From Ruditapes philippinarum (Eukaryota): a stretch of 64,000 bases of DNA. A program made the translations under genes and the position numbers. The notes beneath the pieces are model-generated. The model saw nothing but the letters and a program-made list of their open reading frames with translations. It did no database searches and was not told where the DNA came from. Shown here piece by piece: positions 1-14,783 of this stretch; the stretch's first letter is position 1, and each line of letters opens with the position of its first letter. The stretch covers positions 248,001 through 312,000 of the forward strand of contig NW_026867092.1 of NCBI RefSeq assembly GCF_026571515.1, written 5' to 3'.

Positions 1-2920
1 TTAAAATACCATCATGCATGCAATGGTCATATGGACCAGAAACATCACCCCTCCGTTTTATGGCAAAGGTACTTGGCAATGCTTCAAACCCAATACCTAA
101 GTTGTGGGCACATTGTTACTAAGTGTCTAGAACTACTAAGTTAAACTCAAAGACAAAGCAAATTATAACTCTGGAGCCATGTTTTATACAACTTTTGTAT
201 ATGACCACCCCAAGGTGTTGCCAATTTTCAAATGTTTGGGCAAGGCAATTTCTTACGATAAGATTGTTAGAGACTTCACTTTTTTAGTCTACTTTTTAGC
301 TCGTGTGACCTACTAATAATTATATCAGAACATTGTAGAGGGCCATCTATGGATGAATTGTGTGATGTGAGTCAAAATTTACATTGTGGTTTAGGAGGAG
401 ATATTGTTTAAAAAAAATTGTAGCCGTCACTACAGACAGTGCACAGACAATGCAGTATGTTTTGAAAACTGACTAATATTAATGGTATAAGTGTTTGATT
501 TACAATTAAATCAGGCTCCAATAAAGATGTTTAAAATAAACTGAAGTAATAAGATAGTTTGCCAACAAAAGGTGCAATGTAAACAGTAATCTATTGATTT
601 ATAAGACATATGTTATTTTAATCAGTATTACTCATATGTATTTTATAATATATTTGCACAGGAATACAAAATTATAACATAACTTCCTACTTTCTTCTCA
701 ATCACCTTTGTCTCTTTGAAGTTTATATTCTATAAAACAAGATTAAAAAATTACCCGCAGTTGATTCCACATCTAGTGCCAATGTCCTCCAGGTTATTCA
801 AACAACTTTATTTGAACAATCATGAAATATTTGGCATACATTTCTATGATTTATTGTTTAAATAAACATTCCTGTTTATCAATAAACTAAATATTTAATC
901 CACATCCAGTTATTCACTGTCTAAAATTTCTAATTGACACCTTAATATTAAACACCTACAAAGGCATGCTTATGCAAATATATCTGTTGACACACCCATT
1001 TGTGCATCTTAGAAGTTTATTATATCCCCACTTGAGTACAATTTCATACAATAGACACGTTTTACATGTCTCCAAATTGTGAAATATTCTTTTAAGGAAT
1101 TCGATAGCAGATATGAGAGTTATCAGAAAGACACTATACAAATTAAATGAACAAAGCATTATGTATGTAAAAAATCGGCTAATTGATAAATCAAAGGTCA
1201 AGGCCAAGTTAATGTAAACACAGTTTCAAGAGGCTGGCCTATAAAACTTTTATTGTTTTTGTCATTGTAGATTACATCGATAATAAATTTAAACACCTTT
1301 ACAACCATTTCACATTAATGGGAGAGATATTTTGATTTAATATAAAAGTTCCATGACATTTAATCTTGTGGATGCAGATAAGGGCAGGAATTTAATTTGT
1401 CTCATAAAATAAATTTCATTATTTCCATTTTTAAAATGTCTTTTATAAGTATTCAGCATTGCTTATTGTCTGTAATTATAATGATAAAGGGTTGTTTTTG
1501 TTGTAGTTTTTTGTTTTTAGATCCCCTTTAAGTTTAATATTATTTTTTTTATTTCAAAGTTTTAACAAAGTACAAATCATGGGAGTATCAATGTAAACAA
1601 AACACACTTTTTTATTGTAAACAAAACACACTTTTTTATTATATTCCATACAGTATAATTCTTGCATGAGATAAAAAAAATAATACCAGTGCCTAAAGCC
1701 GTTTGCCTTAATCACCTAAATCCAATATGATTATCAACTGATAATGAGAAAAATTAATACAATTTCCCGAAAAATACAATTACCCCGATAACATTCCATT
1801 TGTTTTTTTAACGACCAAAATATAATCAATCAGTAATTTTGTCTGTAATGCAAAAATATACCAAAGTCGTTACATGATTGTGCCAAACAAGTGAATCTGG
1901 TGCCAAAGAAAACCCATATAGCATTGTATGTATTTGTCTACATTTGGAAATGAAATCAGGAGATTCTGTCTATATTGAGACTGGCCTAAGCCAACAAAAG
2001 AACATCAGGCTGTATTAGCTATTGATTACAATGAATCAGTGTTATACCCTATACTGTTAACAAGTATATTCTGGAAATATCTATTAAAACTGAGGGTTCT
2101 AGAAATGGCACTAATGTGAGATAATTTTTGCATTTTCTATAAAGGTTCTAAAATTGGCACTTATGAGTTAATTTATGTACCATCTATTCTGTTTCAAACT
2201 GATTCTTAAACAAAGATCTATTCTTAAAAAGCACTTTTGACTTTTGTTTTTGTTTATAACGTGTCAATTTATATTTACTGATTGGAACAAACACTTTTAT
2301 GCCCAATGATCCATCGCAAGTCTGTAACAACTAAAAACAGAAATGCTATTAGGAATGGCTCCCATCCCTCATTAACTTAATTCAATTCATCAATTAACAA
2401 CTTAAACTTTCTCATTTACAGAAAGGTCTATGTCCTGAAAGTTTTTGGCATAAACTTAATTTACTATATTTGTCAGGTCTATTCTCAATATAAACACACC
2501 ATTCTCCAAAATAAACCCAGCCTGCTTATGGTTTCATCATAACATAAACACCTGAATCTATGAGAAAAAGGGATGCCTTCTGGTATATAACTGGACGATT
2601 TCAAAATAATCCTAGCGTAACCTTTGCCAGTAGAATGTTTCGCAATAAATATTCTGATGAAAATAGTTCTTAGTTACCAATTATAGATCCTGGCAAAGTC
2701 TTATCCAAATATTATTTTGACAACAAAATGATAAGTGCCTATGTTTGGCACATGAAACTGGACCTATGGCCAAATAATCATTCATTCTTTCCCCTAAAGA
2801 CAAGAAACAGAAATTTTCCTTGATAGATAATCTTCCATGTGATTTCAATTATCAGAAGTATTTTTGAAGATACTTTAGTTTTTTAAGTTTATAAAAAATA
2901 CTTTGTATATTAACCATCTC

Positions 2921-3945
2921 GTACATCTGCCTTGCTCTTACAATACCAGTATTGTCTGACTGCATGGATCACAGTGCACATCTGCCTGACTCTTACAATA
3001 CCAGTTAGTGTCTGACTGAATGGATCACAGTGTACATCTGCCTTGCTATTACAATACAAGTATTGTCTGACTGCAATGGATCACAGTGTACATCTGCCTG
3101 ACTCTTACAATACCAGTAGTGTCTGACTGCATGGATCACAGTGTAGATCTGCCTTGCTATTACAATACTTGTAGTGTCTGACTGTATGGATCACAGTGTA
3201 CATCTGCCTGCATTGCTCATACAATACTTGTAGTGTCAGACTGCATCACAGTGTACTTAAGCCTTGCTATTACAATGCATGTAGTGTATGACTACAAGAA
3301 TCACAGTGTACATCTGCCTGACACTTACAATACTTGTAGTGTCTGACTGCATGGATCACAGTGACATCTGCCTTGCTCTTACAATTCCTGTAGTGTCTGA
3401 CTTGTAACATGGACCACAGTGTACATCTGCCTGACTCTAACAATACTGGTAGTGTCTGACTACATGGATCACAGTGTACATCTGCCTTGCAATTACAGTT
3501 CCAGTAGTGTCTGTAGTGTCTGACTACATGGACCATGTGTACATCTGCCTTTCTCATACTATACTAGTAGTGTCTGACTACATGGATCATGTTTACATCT
3601 GCCTTTCTCTTACTATACTAGTAGTGTCTGACTTCATGGATCATAGTGTACATCTGCCTGCATTGCTCTTACAATACTAGTAGTGTCTGCCTACATGGAT
3701 CACAGTGTACATCTGCCTTGCTATTACAATTCCAGTAGTGTCTGACTGCATGGAACACAATGTACAACTGCCTGGCACTTACAATACTAGAAGTGTCTGA
3801 CTTCATGGATGACAATGTACATTTGCCTTGTTCTTACAATACTAATAGTGTCTGCCTGCATGGATCACAATGAACATCTGCCTGGCTCTTACAATACTAG
3901 TAGTGTCTGACTGCATGGATCACAGTGTACATCTGCCTGACTCTT
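2921..3945. repeat. Tandem minisatellite, ~55-bp unit, ~18 copies
   Basis: Unit GTACATCTGCCTTGCTCTTACAATACCAGTAGTGTCTGACTGCATGGATCACAGT starts at 2921, 2976 and onward. ORFs 3270-3557 and 3474-3680 are by-products of this repeat. Confidence 0.95.
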
Positions 3946-6900
3946 TATAGCCTGGCAAAACTGCTGTATATATTACAAGCTTAAGGTAACAAGTAAAATT
4001 TGCAGAAAAATCAGCAAATTTCTGAAGAATTGATCAAATACTGAACATTAATAAGGCATTTTAATGGCCATGTTAAATAGGACTGAATCATTACAATTAT
4101 TTAAAATCTGGTTAAAACATTTGTCATGTGCTGTTCGAACCAATTAAAATGCTTAAGAATGTAACCACTTGCTAAAATTCTATTTTCAAGTTTATAAGTA
4201 AGGTAAATCCAGGTGAAATTTTCATCAAATGTATGTCGATAGTATAAGACTGGTTACACATCAGATGACATAACAATATGTCAGAAACTGTGATGATTAT
4301 CACATCATTATTTCAGTGATGACTTAAACATATCCAAACACTAGTTTGCCATTTAATAGAGGGAAAATGATAAAAATTGAGTTTATGTATACAGAATATC
4401 TAAACTCAAGATTTGCTAAATACAAAACCATGGCTGCAACAAACTGAATAATATTTTTTTCTTCATTTATTGGAAAAATCATATATATAGACAGTTATAA
4501 CTTACGTGTACTTATTGTTTTTTTTATTCAGCCAAAATCTCTTTTTACATTTTATATCATTTATAGGAATTGCAAAATGTCTCAACAACATGTACATCTA
4601 ACATAGTTTTACCAAAGTTTCATTATGTGTGACCAAATTTGATAATAATATACAATCCTTATAATATCTATTTTTTTTTTTCATTGAATATCTATAATAG
4701 ATATAATTAACTCCATATCTTCACTTACTTTGTTTGGAAAGTAAAGGCTGAGATCTGTTTGAAATTTACTTTATCACATTTTTTGGTAACATTTTGCATT
4801 TAAGTAGAAATATGGTATGACCTTGACCTTTAAATAATTTCTACAATAAAAAAATTAAATAATAATTAAAATCTGTCATTTAAAAAAAAATCAAAATTTT
4901 TCAAATAAAAAAAATCAGAATTCTCTTTTTCAAATTATTACAAGTATTGACCTTGACACATGACTGAATTTTATTTAATTTCCATGCATCAATCTTTATA
5001 CTTCTTCTTACTGCCCAAAATAATGTTTTATTATTCTTCTTTTTCTAACACATTATTAAATGCCAAGAAGTCAGTTATTGAGTTTTTGCAATATAACCTT
5101 GAGAAAATTCTATTATCAAGACCACATCTGTTCATAGATAATAATTGCTCAAATGTAGATCTGGGGAACATAATTGTTTGTTATGATTTGAAATAAGAAA
5201 AGTTTTGACTTGTGTCTGATAGAAATCCTTTAACCAGAGCTGCAATATGCCTTCAAGTATAGGTATTGGTGAAACAGATCTCAGGGAGATAAACAAAAAC
5301 TTTGATAAGTATCAAAACAGTTCATGGCCACTCTTAAAAGTGCATTTTTGCTTCTTCTGACCCAAAACATTAATTCCAAGTTAGTGGATCTATTTTACAT
5401 ATAATAAACATACTAACGTCTTACTATTAGTATAAAATTCCACAAACCTAGTGATGAAAGAAAACAAAAAAATGAAATAAAGTATGCATTTCAATACAGC
5501 ATCTTATATTTTTTTCAACAGGACGGACAGTTTCACTATTCTCAGTGCTTGATTGTATGTATAAGTGCCTGGATAATGTAACAATTTCTGAATAAAAAGG
5601 TTCCGTAATTAGAATTTCTTTCCATCAATCTTGCAAAAAATCATTTTTTTGCCAAAAAAATGTCAGACTGCCAGGATTTGGGTCAGTCAGATTCAAGTGG
5701 CAAACAAATAATATCTTATTTAAGACCTAAATCATCATTAGAAGAGAAGACTTGATGTTTTAATGCTTTAGATCAGAAAATGTCAAGAACTTGAAAGTGA
5801 AGAAGAATGATAATTTTGCTATATTGAAGCTCAGGAAAGATATTGATCTACATGTATGAGCATTTCACCAGATGTCTTTATTAATTTATCTGCCTTTATT
5901 TTTATTGACAAAATTATGAATCATTATACATACTGAGAAAAAAAAATGATTTAAAAGTTTAAAAGGGTAAAAAGAAGCTTTTCTTTTTATTGATATGTGT
6001 TCCCCCAATTACACACATTGCATTGCCCAATTAAAGCAGTAACATTCAAGTAAACATGGTGCAAGGTTAGATCCATTTTGCCACTTCCTGGCACATTATT
6101 GCAGTATTTTTTCTTTGATTTTGCAATTATTTCATCTTACAAAAAGGCATTCTTGATGCTCTGCATTTACATAACAGCAAAAAAAATGTCAGAATATGTG
6201 ACATTTACCTTGATGACATTTTCGATTACATAATGCACCAGATGTATGCACTATGTTCTCATAGAGACAATTGGGACAATTACATCTTGATTTAATTAAC
6301 CAGCAGTTAAAAATATTTTTTACTTTTCTCAAGGTCATGAAGATTTGGGAAAAAAATCTCAATTTTTTTTTTTTCTTTTCAAATCAAACCTATAATTGTC
6401 TCAATATAAATAATCAAAGGCAGTTATAATGGTAATAACCATAAGTCTGCAGAAACACTCCATATTCTCCAGGAAGGCAACACAAAAGGTCAAAGGTTAA
6501 CCGTCACCTGTAAATATCATGATTATTACTCATAACCTTTTACCCCCATCATAAAGATAATGAAAACATATGACAGTGCAATAAAAACAACAATATTATG
6601 CCTCATGCTATGAAAATCTCAGCAATGGCAATTAATCTGGAGAACAGGTTCTTCCAATTAAGTTCAAATATCAGTTATATTTGAGAATAATGTTATTTAT
6701 TTATGTGCATTAAATAAAAAATCCTTGTAACTGCATACAAGTCGTGAAGAGATTTAAGGAAACATCAACATTACTGGTGTACTTGCTATCTTGATTTAAA
6801 ATTATTCTCAAGGACAGCTGTTGTTGTTTTTTTTTTTTTTTTTTTTACACTTTACATCTATCTTAAAAGTGCACATCACATATATGTATAAGTGCTTTTT

Positions 6901-7876
6901 ATATCAGTGACAAGGATTTTTTTAATTCATACCTGCAAAACTATACTCCTAATCTAAAGCAAGGTTTTAAAGGAAAGATTACTTAAGATAATATGAGAAT
7001 CAGAGAATGTTTCTAAAAAAAGATCAACTGAACTATATGTGATAATATTACATGTACATTGATCTCAACTCTCTGTCAAAAAAAGCTCAGCGTCATCTTT
7101 ATGACCATTAAGAGTTCCACTCACTAATGAATTAACTTGCACTTTAAGCTCTTTTGAGTTATAACAGTGTTGTGATATAACATTAACCTCATTTCACTCT
7201 AATCACAATTATACAATACCTTCAGGACAACAATGACTATCGATGATATAATATAAAAGCTTTCCAGCAGAAAAAAAGATAGGTATCTTAATCAGGGGAA
7301 GTTCTGGTATCACTCAATACACAGGTATCTGATCAATTAAATCTTCACATTATAAATAATGGTTGTAATGACAACATTTTACATGTATAACCAGATAAGG
7401 TTAAAAAGAATTTTCCTTAATTTGCTCAAACTCAGATCTCAGGTATCTGATTGGTCAGAAACCAGCACAAAATGTATATTGACCAATGAAAATCCTGAGA
7501 AACGAAACAGAACTCAGAATGAAAGTTTTAAAATCTTGAAGTCAGGCCGGTCTAAACTCAAAACTGTTGCCATCTGACCAAACATTATAATATATCAAAA
7601 GGTTAAGTTTTGGTATTTTAATACTGAAATTACTACAATTATCAACAGACAGTTTAAATTCTAAGCCGGAAAGAACAAACAATACACTATTACATGAACC
7701 TCGGAGTATGTGGGTTTTTCCCTTTCTCGGGAAACAAACAAACTTTTACAGTTACAACAAGGTAAATATATCAATGAAAAGCCCAACACATTGATATCTA
7801 TTGTGAGAAGTAGTGCACGTGCTGACTGGCATGCATTTGCTTGAATAGCAGTCTAAAATAGGCAGTAATATCTTAC

Positions 7877-7982
7877 CATATTGGTTGAGTCAGCCATACT
7901 AACTTGTTCTCTGGAATGGTGGCTTGGAACTTTCATAGCTCAAAACAGAACGTCATCCATAGCAGCTTAATTCTTCTCAAAA
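7877..7982 (-). other. Candidate exon (possibly first coding exon, MKVPSHHSREQVSMADSTNM) of an unidentified minus-strand gene
   Basis: Minus strand reads tatttcag|TTTTGAG...AATATG|gtaaga (good acceptor and donor). ATG at 7936 gives 20 codons to a phase-0 donor. No recognisable homology. Confidence 0.35.
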
Positions 7983-10519
7983 CTGAAATAGAGAAGAAAC
8001 AATACCAAAATATAAATGATGGTTATATCTGATTCATAGCAGTTTATAATTCTTCTCAAAACAAAAATAGAGAAATGATACCAAAGCTTTAGTAAAATGT
8101 CTATGATTCATTATGGCTTAATTCTTCTCTCAACTTATTGTGAACTTTATAATTAATACATAGCTCTAATTTCAATTCTTCTTAAAGGTACTCAACTTAA
8201 GAATTGTTAAAGGAAAGATTTCCTGGCAAATACTCAAAGAATTTCACAGTAATCCATGGCCTTGAAGAAAGCTATTCAACCAGAGTGCAAACTTCACAAG
8301 TCATAATAAGACATATTCTTCTGTGGTACTCATTTGTATAATTCAACATAACACCTTAAATTAAGCTAATAGTTTAGTTGCCAAAATAGCTCCAAAATCA
8401 AAATAAACTTTGGTAATGCCTGATGCTGGTTGCTCCAGATTAAAGACACAGCTACAGTTATTGCAAAAGCAACAAGTTACTAGAAATTCTGCAGACTGCA
8501 ATAAGTAGGTTAAAACATAGGGGCAGATATAAACATAGACAACCTTGAAAGTTGACACAGATTCCTTATCTTATCTTAAACAGTGTCATCATGACATCTG
8601 TACAGGTGGTCCATCATTTATCATGTGACATATTTAAAGGCACAATGACGGAACAATGGTGAATAAATTTGACTAATGAAAATATTCATTTGACAATATA
8701 ATACAGTGTTAACTATTGGCTGCCTACACAGCTATGCAGTATGATGGCATACACACTGCCACTCTAAAGGCTTCAAAAGATATTCAAATCATACATAGTA
8801 TTAATGCAATATAAAATTCTATGTTTTTTTTTACTACAATAAATGCAAGATTACTACTACTGAACTTCAATTTTAAAAAAAATGCCATAAATTGTTTTGT
8901 AATAAAACAAAGAATTTTGCTCCTGTACTATTAGTGATTATAATGGTGTTATCAAACAGTTTTAACATTGAACAGATAATAAAGCCCATTTATACGTGAC
9001 ATGGGGCATATCAATGCATCATTGCATGTAAAACATACAAAATAATAAACTAGAAACAGTCTTCATCAGTTCTAAGAGTACATTCTATTCTATATCTATC
9101 AATAACATAAAATTTGCCAAAAAAAAATTATTGTCAAATCATACAAAATGTATGGAAAATAAATGAATTATCTTTCAAGTATCATAAGTACAGTGATATT
9201 TGCCATCTGTTTCGATCATGAGTGAAGATAATTTGGGTGCCAGTTTTTAACTTCTGTTTTTTTTCTTCATAATAATGTTACAGAATACAATATTGTGTGG
9301 GCATCTATTATAATGAAAAGACTGAACCCTAGTACAAGTACTTCCTCAAAACAGCCGAAAGCTACCAAATAAACTCATTGTTGGCAAAATTAATAGACAA
9401 TATTAAAGTTAATTTAAACTTAAGGTGTCTATGTTCAACATTTGGTCTATCAGTCTATGAAGTGCAAGTTCAAAATCTTTGGCATAGCAAATATGTTACT
9501 AAGAACTGTTCAAGTACAAGAGAATATAGATATCAAAATATGAGACCTACAAGATCAACAACGCTGAGAAACGCACACATATAATGCAGCTCCCACAATA
9601 ATATGGAGCACAGAGCATTCTGAAGGGGGACCAAACAAGGAGGGTTAAAGAAACAGGATGTGAGGTGGGAGGGGCTAAATAAACTAGCATTAAGTGTGAT
9701 CAGCCATATTGGATATTTCCCTGGTAACAATTGAATTTAGTAGTCAAGGTGAAAGGAGATGACTGTTTACTCACAGAAAAACTGACAGAATGCTGGAACC
9801 ATTGTTGTAAACACTGCATGCTTACCAAAACTGACATATCTACCAAATACATGTTAACTTACAATACAATTTTTTGCGTCTCTTCAATCCAAAAAGAACA
9901 TAGATAACCTTTTTGAGGCATCTTAAAATTCTTCTAAGACATTAAGTTCTGCAGAATTGTCATTACCGTATTTAAGTGTATAATAAATTATTCTACGCTC
10001 AAAAAACATTTTGTTTTTAAGTAGATAGAAAGGGCAATAAATTACAGTAAACAGTGGAGTAATTCGTAATTCTGATCAGATTAAAAATAGAGGAAACAGC
10101 TGCGTCCCTCCTCAATTCTAATAATTTAAAGGTTACAATAAAAAAAATACTACTATCTTTTACAAGTTCATTATATAATTACATCATATTAACATCACTG
10201 CAATATTCTATATTATCGCAGAAAATCAAATTAGTGAATTCAATGATATCGCAACACATGTTTATTTCATCATGAAATGATGTTGTTGTTGGTTCAGAAA
10301 GAAATTCGCAATCAGAAACAAGATTGCATTTGAGAAAAATGCTATGCCACCGCATTAATACAACACTAAATAGTAGTGTAGGAACAGATTTTTTTTGTTT
10401 CTTTACAATATTGAAGATTGTCATAAAGCATAGATCCCTGACCTATCTTATTCTTATTATCAGATAAGTGGTTAAATCTAATGTTAACTCAATAAAAGAT
10501 CAGAGTAGGAATGTATCAA

Positions 10520-12400
10520 TGCACTCGAGTCTAGTGAATTTGGCGGTGAAGGTCATATTTCACACAGCCTTAATTTCATGACTACATCAAAAGGACAACA
10601 CAGTAAGACACTTTGTCAAAATCTAGGTCAGCTGAAATCAAAGTTTACTTTACATCTTAATCTGTGCACAGGGTTCAAATTTCATAGCTGTACATCAAAG
10701 GACCAGAAAGTAGGTCACATCAACAAAATCTAGGTCACCTGATATCAAAGTTCAATTTTACAACTAAAACTGTGCACATGGTCAAAATTTCATTGCTGTA
10801 CATCAAAGGACAAGAAAGTAGGTCACTGTCCCCTTGGGCAAGGCAAAATTTTGGACCCAAGGGTTTAATTCAAAACAATCTTGATACAGGTCCACCAAAC
10901 AACATTTCAAGTCAAATATCTAAGCTGTAGCTTTCTCCCATTCAGAAAACATTTGTTTTATTTTCTGTTTTTAATATGTGTACATAATGAGAATCACTGC
11001 CCCTGGGCAGCACCAATTTTGACACCAGGGGAAAAATTTGAACAACTTTAGTAGAGGACCTATAGATGATATTATATAGCAAACATCAAAGCTCTATCCC
11101 TTGTTCCTTCAGACAAAAATATTTTTTATTTTTTTACTATGTGTACATAGTGAAAATCAATGACCCCTGGGGGTCGGGCCAATTTTGACCCCAGGGCTAT
11201 AACTTGTACAATCTTGCTAGAGGTTCACTACATAATGTTTCATGCAAAATATCTTAACTCTAGTCTTTGTAAATTTAAAGAAGATGATTTTTTAAGTTTT
11301 TACTTTATACATATAAGGAAAACCTATGGCCCCCGGGGTGGGGCTAATTTTGACACTAGAGGCAAAATTTGAACAACTTTGGTAGAGTTCCTATAGATGA
11401 TACCAATTAACAAATATTAAAGCTCTAAGCCTTTTACCTTCAGACAATAAGATTTTTTACTATATATGTATTTAAAATCAATGACCCCTGGGGCGGGGGC
11501 AATTTTGACACCAGGGCTATAATTCAACAACAATCTTGCTAGAAGTTCACTTCACAATGTTTCATGCAAAATATCTAACCTCTAGCATTTGTCAATTGCT
11601 AGAAGAAAGTTTTTACTATAAGTTTTTACTATATACATATAAGGAAAACCAATGACCCCCCGGGTGGGGCCGATTTTGACCCCAGGGCTATAATTTGAAC
11701 AATCTTGGTAAGGGTCTACCAGACAATGCCTTATGCAAAATATCTTAGCTCTAGGCCTTTTGGGTCTTTACAAGAAGGTATTTTAAGTTTTTACTATATG
11801 TACATATAGTGAAAATCAATGACCCCCGGGGCCGGGCCAATTTTGACCCCAGGGCTATAATTTGAACAATCTTGGTAGAGGTCTACCAGACAATGCCTTA
11901 TGCAAAATATCTAAGCTCTAGACCTTTTCAGTCTTTACAAGAAGGTATTTTAAGTTTTTACTATATGTACATATAGTGAAAATCAATGACCCCCGGGGCG
12001 GGGCCGATTTTGACCCCAGGACTATAATTTGAACAATCTTGGTAGAGGTCTACCACACAATGCCTTATGCAAAATATCTAAGCTCTAGGCCTTTTGTGTC
12101 TTTACAAGAAGATTTTTTAAATTTATTCATTTAATTCCTTTTGGTTGCCATGGCAACCAGATTTCTGCATGGAATGAAATTCTTTGAACAACTTTGGAAC
12201 CCCTTCACCCAAGGATCAATCCTGCCAAGTTTAATTGAAATTGGACTAGTGGTTTTTCACAAGAAGATTTTTTAAGTTCACTATATAATCTATATAACAC
12301 ACACACACACAAACAAACAAACACACACACACACACACGCACACACACACAGGTGAATCGCTATATGCCACCGCATCGCAGATGCTGCGGTGGCATAAAA
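10520..12400 (+). mobile_element. Non-autonomous Helentron/HINE (pearl/DINE-1-like) element with ~167-bp internal tandem repeats
   Basis: TGACCCCCGGGG...AATTTTGACCCCAGGG units recur at ~11653, 11820 and 11987. They are followed by an (AC)n tract (~12297-12350) and a 3' hairpin TATGCCACCGCA...TGCGGTGGCATA (12364-12397). The 5' boundary is approximate. Confidence 0.75.
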
Positions 12401-14783
12401 AGAAACAACTTGATGTACCTATAATACATAACTTGATTGGCGGTCACAACCTGTTACAATGTTGTTAAGCCAACGGATGATTCAGAACAACACATGATTC
12501 AAGTCAATATAATACGGCAACATCTCTACAGAAAAAGCATATGGCTTAATTACTTTAAATAGCCAAGGTCAATCATGATTCATTCCAGTTATAAATATGG
12601 AGTGATTTCATTACACAATCCAAAATTTTAAAGATTATCTCACTTGTCATGCACATTATAATAATAATAGTTACATAATACTGACATAATTACATATCAA
12701 AAGATGATAACAGCCTTCAATAAATATCAATATGATATCATTTATTTCACACTTTGACCATGATTTTTATTTTTCGGTCAGATATAGTATCATTTTTTTT
12801 TCAAAATTTATTACCATAATGATGCAACATATTAAAACTGATTAAGGTATACAAGTATATATATATATACATCAACAGAATTCCTTCTTCATTTTCAAGA
12901 AAGTGATCAGTATGGCTTAATATTGAAAAAAAATAAAGAAAGCCTAAAATATTTTTGCCGGCTAAAACATAATAACACCAGCTTTATTCAAAGTGGCAAT
13001 AATGCTGTCCTTTGCTTAAGCTTATAATCCTGGTATATGCTGACCAGTGCTAATTCAGGCCTTGTTAAACAATGAACTTGACCTTTTTAAAGTTGATTTT
13101 ATGTCACACAGTCTAATACAGTTTTACGGTCAAAAATGCGGGTTTTTATCGATGGATGAAGTTTGCAGGTCTACGACCCTGTTTTGGACCCTTACTATGC
13201 AGGAACTGAAAGTGATTAGTCTTTGCAATCATCATAGAGCCTGGCTTTAGCCTGTAACTCCGTACAGTCTGACCAAGCTCTATAACTGTTGGCTACATGT
13301 ATAATGATCTTTGCTTTAAATTTTCACCTTTATATTACCAAAATTGAAAATTGACAGTTCCAAAACTTGAGCTGGACAGGTCCTTTAAAGAAATTCAACA
13401 GATATTTAAAGACTGTGCCCATACACAACACGGAAGTTTTAAAATCATATGATCGAGATACTTGCATTAAACATGACAGATACATTAAAATCATCATAAA
13501 GATCATCTGGTAAATTTGTTATTGATTATAATTTTTATTATGTAAGTTATTTTACAGCAAACTCTGCATGCACGCTTTATCAGAACATCACAGACATATG
13601 TCTTCAGTGTAATTCAACTTAATATAAGCAAGCTTTTAGTGCTGCTAGGTCATAGCTGAATATGCACTAGGCCTCTCTTCAAAATAAGATTTTAAATTTC
13701 ATACAACCTGTTACTGCAAATATCAAATATTACAGCTACATTCTAATGAAAATATATTTTTATACAATTAATAAACCAAAGAATAAAGTTGCATATCCAT
13801 AATCTTATGGTTGATTCTCGAGAGCTGCAATACAGAATGTCTGTTATTTTACTTATATGAACATTTGACTTAAACAGAATATAGCAAAAACATTATGCTT
13901 TTATTTTAAGTTGCGCTATAAAATCTAGCACTCAAGGCAATGTATATCTAGTACTCGAGGCAATGTATAAACATGTTTCTTCCATAAATATATTTTGGAA
14001 GTTTCTTTTTCAAAATTCAAATAATAATTTGATGTGCAGGCTGGCTTAGCTCTATAATGGTGTTAAAGGTTTCAGGCTCAAAATTCAAAGCAGGATAAAT
14101 TCATTATACAAATTGAGGATAGTTATGTTACAAATAAACACAAAAATCCATTTTTTTTACCTTGCTGAACTTTTTATCTAAAATTAAACCATAATCATAT
14201 ACTCCAAAAGCGGACAAAATAAATAGTGACAATTTGTAGCTTAAAGTACATGACATTGACATATATATATATATATTGTTACATATACATTTTAATGTAG
14301 GTTATCACTTGTTTATATAATCAGATAATCTTTAGACATTAAAATACTTTGTTCACCAATATCTTTTATAATCAGTTCAAACTTTATAATTGGCTTGTTG
14401 ATAAATCATCAGAAACCAAAAATAGATGTTTTGACATCATACAAAAAAAAAACATCGCAAAAACTGAAAAGAAACCCGTACTTTTAGCTATGTGAACAGC
14501 AAGTATGAGAAAAGCAGTTTGTTTTTTTGTATTTGTCCATTTTGTAGTTACATCTTACTCAAATACATGCACATAGTTTGTAAGTCCTTAATTAGGTAAC
14601 AGAAATTTACTTGATCTTAATCAAAACAAAATTTTATACATGGCTCAATTTGGCCACCAATCTCCAGGTTTGATGATGATGATGATCCTACTCCTATAGC
14701 TGTTCACTTCATTTTTCTCACTTTATCTAACATCTAACTTAACATAGATACTTGTAACAGACCAAATCAAAGGATGATATTAA

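Noticed and set aside
755-840. Possible minus-strand exon ending at a GG|GTAATT donor (similar donor at ~20902)
   Set aside because: No convincing acceptor or open frame and no homology; cannot be supported without transcripts.
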